From Anaeramoeba ignava BMAN (taxonomy: Eukaryota > Protista > Anaeramoebae): DNA of 64,000 nt. Both the position numbers and the translations under genes were made by a program. The stretch's first letter is position 1; every line of letters begins with the position of its first letter. Location: contig JAPDFW010000011.1 of assembly GCA_028826165.1 (NCBI GenBank), forward strand, positions 372,001 through 436,000. The letters run 5' to 3'. This document shows positions 36,600 to 48,900 of the stretch, in pieces. A model generated the notes under the pieces. The model had not been told where the DNA came from. It saw only the letters and a program-made list of their open reading frames with translations, and did no database searches.

Positions 36600-39500
36600 T
36601 TATTTAAGATTATCTGGATGAGGAGGAACTTCTGGTAAAAGGTCTTCAAGATCTGAAATTTTCATTTCAATTTTTTCACGACCATCAAGAGTTAAAATTT
36701 CATCAACACCCAAAATTTTTAAAATTTCTTCATATCCTATAAAATTAGAAATATATTCTGCAACAGTTTCTGAACGTGAATTTTTTTTCTTTAAATCTGC
36801 TCCATGATTCAATAGAATTTTTAATGTTTTAATTCTTTTATAAACTGCTGCTGTAAAAACTGGTGTTGGAATAAATGCATCATTTCCATGAAAATTTGCC
36901 ATTTTGGAATTTATTGAAAATAAAATATTCCATAATTCTTCATCTCCATCATATCGAAGCATCATTGCTAAATAATTTGGACATTCATCTTTTTTTTTCC
37001 GATTTTAATTTTAATTTTAAATTTTTTATCCGATTTTAATTTTGATTTGATTTGATTTGATTTTAATTTTAATTTTAATTTTTATTTTAATTTTTATCCG
37101 ATTTTAATTTTAATTTTTTTAATTTTAATTTTAATTTTAAGTTTAATTTTAATTTTAATTAATTTTAATTTTAATTTTAATTTTAATTTTAATTTTAATT
37201 TTAATTTTAATTTTAATTTTAATTTTAATTTTAATTTTAATTTTAATTTTGATTTTAATTTTATTTTTAAATTTTATAAATAAATTTCAATTTTAATTTT
37301 AAAATAAATTTGATTTGGAAATGTACAATTAACTTCAGGATCAACACGATAAATATCAGCACCTCTTTTAAGTAAAACCTTAATAATTTCAGTATGACCT
37401 TTTTTCATAGCAATAGTAAGAGGATTCCAATCACCACCCAAATTAATTGAAGCATTATGATCTAGAAGAAAAACAAGAATATCCAAATTACCAGATTCAG
37501 CAGCAAAAACAAGAGGAGTATTAAGAGCATTATTAGCTACATCAATAGGACAATCATTTTGAATAAGAAGTTGAACACAATCCTTATGTTGTTGATGAAC
37601 AGCAGCATGAAGAGGCGACCAACGCTCACGAGAAGTGAGTCTTGGATTAGCGCCATTTTTAATCAAGTTTTTCAACACTTCATAATGTCCAAAATAAGCT
37701 GCTTGATAAAGAGGAGTCATTCCTTCTTTATTTACTGCATTTAAATCGACTCCTTTCTTACTAATTAATTTCACTATTTCAAGTTGACCCAATCGTGATG
37801 CTTTTGATAATGCTGTTTCTCCTTGATTATCCTTCATTTCTAGTCTTGCTTCTGGTGAATCTATCAGAACTCGTGCTACCTCTTGATGTCCTGTTTCTAT
37901 TGCTGTATGAATAGGTGTTTCGTTTTGGTTATTTTGAAAGTTCACTAAACTTGGTTTTTCTTCTATTATTCTTTTTGCTAGTTCAACTTCGTTTTTTCGT
38001 GCTGCTGAATGTAAACATGTATCTTGATTTTCTGCTTCTTGTACTTCAAGTGGTACTTCTCCTATTTTTGGATATAATTTTTGGAATTGAAATCCTGAAT
38101 CAGTCATTTGATGAATTATGTTTTGTCTTTCTGGTTCGGAAACCCAATCTATTGGTCCTCCTTTATCCATTAATAAATGAAATAATTCTTCCTATTAATT
38201 TTAATTTTTTATCCGATTTTAATTTTATAAATGAATTTTAATTTTATAAATTAATTTTATAAATGAATTTTAAATGAATTTTAATTTTAAATTAAATGAA
38301 TTTTAATTTTATAATTGAATTTTAATTTTATAAATGAATTTTAATTTTATAAATGAATTTTAATTTTATAATTGAATTTTAATTTTATAAATGAATCTTA
38401 ATTTTATAAATGAATTATAAATTAAATGAATTTTATAAATGAATTTTAAATGAATTATAAATGAATTTTATAAATGAATCTTGAATGAATTTTAATTTTA
38501 TAAATGAATTTTAATTTTATAAATGAATTTTAGTAAATGAATTTTATAAATTTTAAAATAAATTAATTTTATAAATGAATTTTAAATGAATTATAAATGA
38601 ATTTTATATGAATTAATTTTATAAATTAATTTTAAATTAAATGAATTTTATAAATGAATTAATTTTATAAATGAATTTTAAATGAATCTTAATTTTACAT
38701 CTCCAGACTTGATTGCAATCTGCATAGATTCTGGAGAAATTTCATTCGAAGATTGATTATTTTTCAAAAGTTGTTTTGCAAATTCAAATTGAGAATTTCC
38801 AATAGCTTCATCAAGTAAACTTTGTTTTTTAGTAATATTAGCAAATTTTGCCAATAAAGGAAACAATTCTTTTCTTCCAGAAGCAATAACATATTGCACA
38901 GGAGTTTTCCCAGATTTATCGATATAAGAGAGAGTTTCAGGGGATTTCTTGAAGAGAAGTTCGATGACCTCCTTAGGAGCATTTCCGATAATTGCATGAT
39001 GAAGGGCTGTTTTGTTCTCAATATCGATACATTTTGGATCGGCACCAGAATTAAGTAAAATTTCAACAATTTGTGGATCGATAATATGGTCATCTGAACT
39101 AATAACGGACTGGATCAACGGAGTGATATTTTTGTGGTCTCTCGCGTTCACGTTTGCTCCATGATTAATAAGTAGCTTAACTGCGTTTGGATTGTTGTTC
39201 TCAACTGCTTTATGAAGAGCTGTTTTCCCCTGCGTGTTTGTGTTCGAAATGTCCATCTTGCGCGCAAGAATTTTCTTCAGCAAATCTTCTTTGTCATAAT
39301 CTTCGGTTAAAATGTGCAAAATGGTTTCTCCATTTCCATCTGTTGCTTTCATTAAAAATGGAAATTGTTCAAGAAGTTCAAGAACAATTTCTTGTTGATT
39401 CGATTTTGCTGCTTCAAAGAAACACTCTGGAATATCCTTCGCTCCTGACTTGATCAAGAGGTCGATCATCCGCTTCATTCCCTGTTGGCCAGCCAGAGTC

Positions 39501-40847
39501 AGCGGCATCATATGGGACTGATCCTCTGTGCGCTCTTCAAGTACTTTTTTATCTTTCTTAATAATTTTTTCAACTTCTTTTTCATCGTTTCGCAAAACTG
39601 CTACATGGATATCTTTCATCCCTGGCGGTGGCGCTGGGTTCTTCTCGTAGATTTTTGGTGTTTCTGGTGGATTGCTTAAATCATATTTTGGAAATATATA
39701 ATGATCCTCTTTTGGATGTTGACAATAAAGACAGTTTTTTGATATTCCAAATGCTGCTAATTCAAATTTTTGACATTTTGCTTTTTTGCATGCTGATAAA
39801 TTTCGGAATGGGAAACCAAAAACCTATCAATTTTAATTTCAAAATGAATTTCAAAATGAATTTTAATTTCAAAATGAATTTTAATTTCAATTTCAAAATG
39901 AATTTTAATTTTAATTTCAAAATGAATTTCAAAATGAATTTTAATTTCAAAATGAATTTTAATTTCAAAATGAATTTTAATTTTAAAATGAATTTTAATT
40001 TCAAAATGAATTTTAATTTCAAAATGAATTTTAATTTCAAAATGAATTTTAATTTCAAAATGAATTTTAATTTCAAAATGAATTTTAATTTTAATTTTAA
40101 TTTTAATTTTAATTTTAATTTTAATAATTTTAATTTTAATTTCAAAATGAATTTTAATTTTAATTTCAAAATGAATTTTAATTTTATAAATTGATTTTAA
40201 TTTTATAAATTAATTTTAATTTTAATTTTAATTTTAATTTTAATTTTAATTTTAATTTCAAAATGGATTTTAATTTCAAAATGAATTTTAATAAATTTCA
40301 TAAAAAATACCTCAACAACTTTCATAAAAGTAACTTGAAAAACAAAAGCAGACATAAATTCCTTAAGTAAATCAATAGCATAAATAGACAAAACAGAATA
40401 AGAAGCTCTATAATGATGAATAAAATCATCAAAAAGAACAGCAGAATCAGTAGGTCTTTTTCCAGGAATTGAATGCCAAAATTCCAAAGCTTTAGAAATA
40501 CTTTTAGTTTTTGGATCATCAGAATTTTGATTAATTAAAGTTTGAGAAAATTCAAACATTTCAACTTGAAACTTTTGAATATATCTTTGGAAATTATATA
40601 AATGTTTAGGAAGGAAAATTGGTCCTCGTTTTCTTGATTTTTTCGTTAAATTAAACCATTCAATACAATTTGCTTTAAAATCATGTAATAATTTCGCCAT
40701 TTTTGGTGGTGGATTCTCAATCCCTGGAAATGGATCTTGTTGTGCTCGATCTATTAAATCATATAATTGTTTTTCAACTGTTGATAATTCTTGTTCATCT
40801 TGAAATGTGTATCTAAAATTTTGAAGATAACCAACTAAATTATCCAT
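36600..40847 (-). CDS. Large ankyrin-repeat protein with an N-terminal helical domain and a Cys/His motif; exons 40847-40311, 39823-38699, 38191-37327, 36988-36600
   Basis: All three GT-AG introns are phase-compatible and join four ORF-track pieces. Many canonical ankyrin repeats (GKTALHKAV, GMTPLYQAA, WSPLHAAV). Confidence 0.85.
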
Positions 40848-41070
40848 TTATTTTTTAAATTTGAATTTATTTTAATTTTGAATTTATTTTTTTAATTTGA
40901 ATTTTATTATTTTAATTTTGCTTAATTAAAAAAATTAAAAGAAAATGAAAAGGAAAAAAATGAAAATGAAAAAAAATAATTTTGCTTTTTTTTTTTAAAA
41001 AAATTTAATTGAGAAAATTGAAAAAAAAAAAAACTGTTATATTATCTTCTTATTTTTTATTATTCTTATT

Positions 41071-44000
41071 TTATACTTTCCAAACTCGAATTGGTAAATT
41101 ATTTCTATTCTTTCTTATAATTTTCACAACAACAAGTGGAGTCACAAAAATCAAAATAATCAAAATTATAAACAACCAAATCAAATGATTTTTCTTTTGA
41201 TTTGTTGTTTGATTTTCAAATTCAATCATTTCATCCAAATATAAAAATTGATTTGTTTCTCCATCTTTCAATTCAAATTGAGAAGGAAATGGAAAAAATA
41301 ATTCTAAAAATTCTGCTACTTCTTCTGTTACTAATTCAGCTTCTGGATGTGAATAATTTTTATCATCATTTAAACACATAAATTTTGGTCGATTTCTTAT
41401 TACTTCATCTAATTTTTCTCTTGTATCTTTTATTTCGGAATAAACCATAACAAATCCTTGAACTGCTTCATTTTCTTCTCGCATTTCATATAGATTGTTT
41501 TTTTTTGTTGAATATCTTTTTTCAATTAAATCCATAAGATTTTCACATTCAAAAAGTGTTTCAAGTGAAATTGGTTCATATTCTCGATTAAAATTTTCTT
41601 TACTAAAAAAATATTTGAATTTTTCATTTTGATTTTGATTTTGATTTTGATTTTGATTTTCAATTTGATTTTGATTTTCATTTTGATTTTTATTTTCATT
41701 TTCATTTTGATTTTCATTTTGATTTTGTTTTTTTTGATTTTGATTTTGATTTTGATTTTGATTTTCATTTTGATTTTGATTTTGATTTTGATTTTGATTT
41801 TGATTTTGATTTTGATTTTGATTTTGATTTTGATTTTGATTTTGATTTTGATTTTGATTTTGATTTTGATTTTGATTTTTGATTTTGATTTTGATTTTGA
41901 TTTTGATTTTGATTTTGATTTTGATTTTGATTTTGATTTATATTTTGATTTTTATTTATATTTTGATTTTGATTTATATTTTGATTTTATTTTGATTTTG
42001 ATTTTGATTTTGATTTTCAATTTGATTTTGATTTTGATTTTCATTTTGATTTAGATTTTCATTTTGATTTTGGTTTTGATTTTGATTTTGATTTTGATTT
42101 TGATTTTGATTTTGATTTTGATTTTGATTTTGATTTTGATTTTGATTTATATTTTGGTTTTGATTTTGATTTTGATTTTGATTTTGATTTTGATTTTGAT
42201 TTTGATTTTGATTTATATTTTGATTTTTATTTATATTTTGATTTTGATTTATATTTTGATTTTGATTTATATTTTGATTTTGATTTTGATTTTGATTTTG
42301 ATTTTGATTTTCAATTTGATTTTGATTTTGATTTTCATTTTGATTTAGATTTTCATTTTCATTTTGATTTTGATTTTCATTTTGATTTTGATTTTGATTT
42401 TGATTTTGGTTTTGATTTTGATTTTGATTTTGATTTTGATTTTCACTTTGATTTTGGTTTTGATTTATTGGAATTATCTTCAATTCAACTCTTTGTGAAT
42501 ATTGTGAATAATAAGAAGATGTTTGATTAGATCGACTCTCTGGATATCCTATAATCTTCATATAATTGCATAATAAATCATTATCATCTCCTCTATTAAA
42601 AAGCATTTTAAATTGTTTCCAAAATAAATCTGAAACTTTATCACTTAAAAAAGCAGCCAAAATTCTCAATTCATTTTCCTCTAATACACTTTAAAAAATT
42701 TAATTTATAAATTATTTAAATTTGAATTTGAATTTGAATTTGAATTTGGTTATATTTTATACCCATTTTGATTTCTATCTAAAAAGTTATTAAAAAATTC
42801 TGTCATATTGAATTCCAAAGGTTCATGAATTAAATAATAATAATAAGAAAATTGATATTGCATATTTTTTGGACTTCTAAATTGTCTTGAAGAAGTTAAA
42901 TCAAATTGTTCTGACCAACTTTAAATTATTTTCAAAAAAAAAATAAAGAAGAAACAAATTCCATTTTTCAATAAAAAAATTTTCTTTTTCTTTTTCTTAA
43001 ATTCTTTTACTGATTTTGTAATCTTATCATAACTTTTTTATCAATTAAATGTGGAACATGAGCTGGAACTCTTCTTTCTTCAACTTTGTATTCTTTATTA
43101 TATAAATCATTTACAAAACGAAGTGATTCTATAAAAGTATCCAAAAGTTTTCTTTGTGTTGAAAAAGAAACATCATTTTCTTTTATATTTTCCTCAGCTT
43201 CATTAATTTCTTTTAGTTCTTGATCAGGAATCAATCGAGAATATTTATCTGTTAATTGATATTCATTTTCATCATAAGGAGTCAAATTTATTTCCATTGA
43301 ACTATTTCCAAAATCAATTTTATCCATTTCTTTTTGATTTGTTTTTTCATTTTCAATTAATTTTCCAATCCAAAAATTCTCTTTTTCATTTGAAATATCA
43401 CTTTCATTCATTGATTCATCTTTCAAGAAAGTGATATTGAATTTTTTTTCCATATGTTTATCTAGTATGTCTCCAATAATTTTGAATTCAACAGTTTCTG
43501 TTATATTTTTATTGAAAAATGTTAAAAAAATTGTTTTATGTTTTTGAGAATTTGTAGCTGTTCTAATTAATTCTGAATTAGAAAAAGTGACTTTCAAAGC
43601 TTTTCCTCTTTTAAATAAGCTTGTAATATTGATATACATTGAAGGAAATTTTTTAGTAACATAAAATGATTTTTTCTACATTTTTAATTTAAATTTTTTT
43701 AAACATTTCCAATTTAAATTTTTAAATTTTTCTGAATTGAAATATTTTGATGATTTACACCCCAAGTTAAATTGATTCCAAAAAGATTGTTTTGTTACAT
43801 TTTCTATATTACAATCTCCTCCATCATATGCACATTCATAATTATCACAAGCACGATCACAAAAATTATCACTCATCCAACTATTTAAACAACCTTTTGT
43901 GCAATAATCAAAATTTACTTTGGAAATTGATTTTAATTTTATAAATTAATTTTAATTTTATAAATTGAGTTTTAATTTTATAAATTAATTTTAATTTTAT

Positions 44001-45877
44001 AAATTAATTTTAATTTTATAAATTAATTTTAATTTTATAAATTGATTTTAATTTTATAAATAGATTTTAATTTTATAAATTAATTTTAATTTTATAAATT
44101 AATTTTAATTTTATAAATTGATTTTAATTTTATAAATAGATTTTAATTTTATAAATAGATTTTAATTTTATAAATAGATTTTAATTTTATAAATAGATTT
44201 TAATTTTATAGATTGATAATAATTTTATAAATTAATTTTAATTTTATAAATTAATTTTAATTTTATAGATTGATAATAATTTTATAAATTGATTTTAATT
44301 TTATAAATTGAATTTTAATTTTATAAATTAATTTTAATTTTATAAATTGAATTTTAATTTTATAAATTGATTTTAATTTTATAAATTGATTTTACTTGGA
44401 GTTCTTGGTGTATAGCGTGAAGGAGAAGATGGTGTACTTGATGTATTACTATTATTATGTAAACAATCACCTCCATCCCAATTATATTCTGAAAAATTAC
44501 AAGCAATATCACAAAATCCATCTCCAATCCAATTTTGAAGACAACCAAAAGGAAGATCTGGAATTGGCCAAGCAAGAGAAACCTTAATTTTAAAAATTTT
44601 AAAAATTTTAATAAAAAATTTTTTAATAAAAAAAAAAGTGGAACGTTCCAAAAAGAAAAAAAAAATTTGTTTATTTGAAAAATTTTACTTTTTGACCTAA
44701 ACTTGTGAAAAAATCATCTGGCCAAACTTTACTAAAGAAAAAAAAGTCATCATTACAATAAATAAATTTTTCAGAAAGATTTGGAATTGTATGAATATTG
44801 CTTTCAATTGCAGGACTAAAAATAAAAGAATTTTAATTAAAATTAAAATTAAAATTAAAATTAAAATTAAAATTAAAATTAAAATTAAAATTCTTTTATT
44901 TTAATTTTACCTTGAAAAAGTTGGTAAATGACTGAGATTTCTAAATATTTTCTCGTGAGGAATTACAGTAATTTTTGGATTAGATAAATCAAGCCAATTT
45001 GGAATTTGACCATTTGTTACAATATATATATGATGAATCCAAGGAGCATTCATTTGAGCTGAACGTAAAGAATATCTCAACTCTTGATTATCTTGAAATC
45101 TATTTGTTGAAATTACCTCTTTAGGAAAAGGAGGAGGATCTGTTGAATTATCTCCATTTTCTATTTATTCAATAAGTAATTTTTAAATCAATTTTTAATT
45201 TTCAATTTTTAAATCAATTTTTAATTGGAAAATTTACTCCCAAGAATTTTCATTTTTGTTTCATAAAGTAATTCTTTATGTTTAGGATCTGAACCATTAA
45301 CCCATGTATAAACTAAATCAATTTTTTCAAATTTCAAATTCTCAAAACAAGTATTTGAAATATTATCACAAAATTCTCTTTGAACTTTCTTTTTCATAAT
45401 AACTTTTTAATTTTGAATTAAATTTTGTTTTGAATTTTGTTTAAATTTTGTTTTAAATTTTGTTTTAAATTGTTTTAAATTTTGATTTAAATTTTGAATT
45501 AAATTTTGAATTAAATTTTGTTTTAAATTTTGATTAAAATTTTGATTAAAATTTTGATTTAAATTTTGATTTAAATTTCGTTTTAAATTTTGTTTTAAAT
45601 TTTGGTTTAAATTTTGGTTTAAATTTTGTTTTAAATTTTGATTACTAATTCTAACTGTTTGTGAACCAATAAAAAATAATATATTAAATGCAATAAATCC
45701 AAAAATCACAAATAAACAAATTCCAGATGGTTTTGATACAAAATTAACTAGAAAATTATTGAATTTTTTAGGTTCATATTTATCTTCAGGTTGAATTGTT
45801 TTAATTGTTTGAATATCTTGTTCATTATCAATTGCTTTTTTTAATTTATTTCGAATTCGATCTCTTCTATTTAACAT
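41071..45877 (-). CDS. GNPTAB: GlcNAc-1-phosphotransferase alpha/beta precursor (Stealth family with LNR repeats), multi-exon
   Basis: N-terminal TM segment; CR1 [13 protein letters not shown]; CR2 [22 protein letters not shown]; two LNR repeats ([17 protein letters not shown]); CR3 [13 protein letters not shown]; CR4 PKFMCLND; C-terminal TM segment. Some exon edges and the NQ tract (41625-42460) are uncertain. Confidence 0.9.
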
Positions 45878-45951
45878 TTTTTTAAAAAAGAAAGAAAAAT
45901 GAAAAAAATGAAAAAAATTTTTTCATTTTTTTTTTTCTTGTTTTTATTTTT
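45878..45951. promoter_or_regulatory. 74-bp divergent promoter region with TCATTTT motifs on both strands
   Basis: ATGs at 45877 (-) and 45952 (+); between them lies AAAATGAAAAAAATGAAAAAAATTTTTTCATTTTT. Confidence 0.5.
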
Positions 45952-48900
45952 ATGATTAAAAAATTTTTGAAAGCATTAAGATATAACAATTTAAATAAAT
46001 TACAAGAACTTCGCATTTTTGGTTTCAATTTTATTTCAAAATTTCAATTTAAAGATGAAGTCAATTTTTATATTTTTTTTGTTAATTAAAAATACAAATT
46101 AATTTTTTTTATAACTCTTTTTTTCTTTTTATAAAAGGTTCTTGAATCTATTTTAATAGCATCAATGGTTTCAACAAATCCTGATATATTTGATTTTTTG
46201 TTTAAAGTTGGTGCAAATCCTTTTTCTGTTAATGTATTGATTAAATTAATTTAAATCAAAAAATTAATTCATTTTTGATTTAAAACATTTAAATATTTTT
46301 AAACAGCAAGTAAATTTTCAATTTTTTATCAAGAAAACCAAAGAAAAAAAAATAAAAATAAAAATAAAAATAAAAATAAAAATAAAAATAAACTCATTTT
46401 GAAATAGTTTGTATTTTCCATTTTAATAGTTTGTATTTTCAATTTTAATAATTTTTCTTTTTTTTTCAAATTTTCAAAATAAGGGAGAAAATTGTCTTCA
46501 ATTATTTTGTTCTCATTCAAATAATTCTTCAAAAGAAAAAGAAACAATTTTCCAAATTATGTTTGATAATGGAGTTAATTTTAATCACAAAAGAGTTAAA
46601 TTTTTTTTTAATTTTGTGGAAAAGTTTTTCAATTTACCAAAATTTATCAAATTTTATAATAGAATACTACAGCATTACACATATCTTGTACAAGAAATGA
46701 TTATGATTTGGTTCATTTATTATTAAAATTTGGAGCTCAACCCAATTTAAAAGATTCTGGTTTGATTTATTAATTTTTGAAAAAAAATATTTTTTTATTT
46801 ATCATTTTTATTAGTAAGTAAAATAAAATTTTCAAAAAGAGAAGATTTTAGATTTTGTTTAAAAAAATTGATAACAATTTCCTTCTTTTTCTTGTTTTGT
46901 TTTGAAACAGAATGTAAATAAATAATTTTGTTTTTCTTTCTGCTTAAAATTCAATTTTAATTTAAACTTAATATAGGAATTAACACCAATTTCTATAGCT
47001 ACTCAACATAATAGTAAAAAAATCATTGAATTATTAATAAAATATGGTGCAAATACAGGTGCTTTAGTTGTAAATAAATAAAAAATATTTCTTTTATTAA
47101 TTGAAAACAAATTACAAATAATTTATTTTTTTTTAATATTGTAAAATATAATTATAGCAAGATTCCCTTTTTTGTTCAATTATAAGAAACAAATTTTTTT
47201 CTTTATATGATCTATTTCTTGATTCAGGTGCAAAACTTAATCCACAATCTGTAAAAAAAAAAGATTTGATTTAGATTTTAAATATTTAAATATTAATTTT
47301 AAAATAGATTGTTTGAATTATTTTATTTCATTTCTAATTAAATATTTTATTAAATATTTTTTATAGCAAATGCCACCTCTTCATTGTGCTTGTTCAAATT
47401 TTGATTATAGATCTATAAAAGAATTATTAAAAAGAGGAGCAAATCCAAATCTTAAAAATGTATTTCGAAATAAAAATAAAAATATTATCCAAATTACTTA
47501 TTTTTTTTTTAATCAATTAAATTAATTTAACTTTCCAAAAAAAAAATAGATTAATGTTTGCTTTTAAAATTTAATATCTTTTTTGTATTTCATTATTCAT
47601 TAATCTTTTTCTTTTTTTTTTATAATTGATTTCTTAGAATCAATATCCAATAGATTTTATTCAATATTATCATCCTGATAGAAAAAAATTATTTAAGATT
47701 TTATTAAAATACGGAGCAAATCCAAATTTAGGAATTGTAAATTTTCTTTTAGTTTGCAAAAATAAATTTATTGAAATGATTTTTTTCTAAATTTAAATAT
47801 TTGAATATAGAATTCTCCTTTGGCTTCTTTATGTTATTATCCTAATGTTGAAAGTTTAAAATTATTAATTAAAAATGGAGCATTTTTAGAAAAAAAAAAT
47901 GTAAAAATTATTATAAAAATCAAAATTATTTTTGATTAATTGTTTTTGTTTTAGTCAGTAAATTCTCTAAAAAGATTCTTTTCGTTTTTTTGGATCTTTT
48001 CTTATAAAAAAAATTTTTTTTTTAGTCAGTAAAAAATCATATCAAAACGAAAAAGAAAATAATTTAAATTTGAAAAATTGTTCTTTATTTTAATATTTTA
48101 AACAAAGAATTATTCTCCTCTTTCATTATCTTGTCAATCTAATTCATTTGGGAATGTTAAATATTTATTAAAAAATGGAGCAAATCCAAATCCTCCAAAT
48201 GTATTTATTTATATTTATTTATATATATATATATTTATTTATTTATTTTTATATCTCTTTTTAAGGGACAAATTCCTCTTCATGCAGGTTTATATCATCC
48301 TAAAGTTGTAGAAATATTATTAAAATATGGAGCAAATCCAAATTCTAAAAATGTAATTTGGAATCCAAAATGAAAAATCAAAACAATATTTTTGAATAAT
48401 AATAATAAAATCATTTTAAATTAGAATGTAAATTATGTTTTTTTTTTTGAAATTTCTTAAACATTTCTTTTCTTTTTGTTTTTAGAATGTAAATTTCATT
48501 TCCATTTTTTAATTAAAAATCAAAATTAAAAATTAAAAATTAAAATTAAAAGAATCAAATTCCACTTCATTTATTGCCAAGTATGTTTACAAAATCAAGA
48601 AATTCTTTTCTTTTAGTAGAATATGGATCTTATATAAATCCAAAAGATGTAGAGAAGAAAAATAATAATAATAATAATTTATTTTATTTAAATCTTTTTT
48701 CAAATAAATTAGTCAGTAAATATTATTCATTTTTTCTTTTTCTAAAAATTTAAATTAAATTTAATATAAAAGAGTGTAAATTTCAAAATGAATTTTTTTT
48801 TGAATAATAATTATAGTAAATTATATTAAATAATAAATAGCTTTTTACACCTTTAGATTATGCTCTTCAACATTCAAAAAAAGATATTGTTCGTTTTTTA

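Noticed and set aside
47751-47757. AG-TTT-GC as a further micro-exon with a GC donor
   Set aside because: The upstream intron would be only 16 nt.
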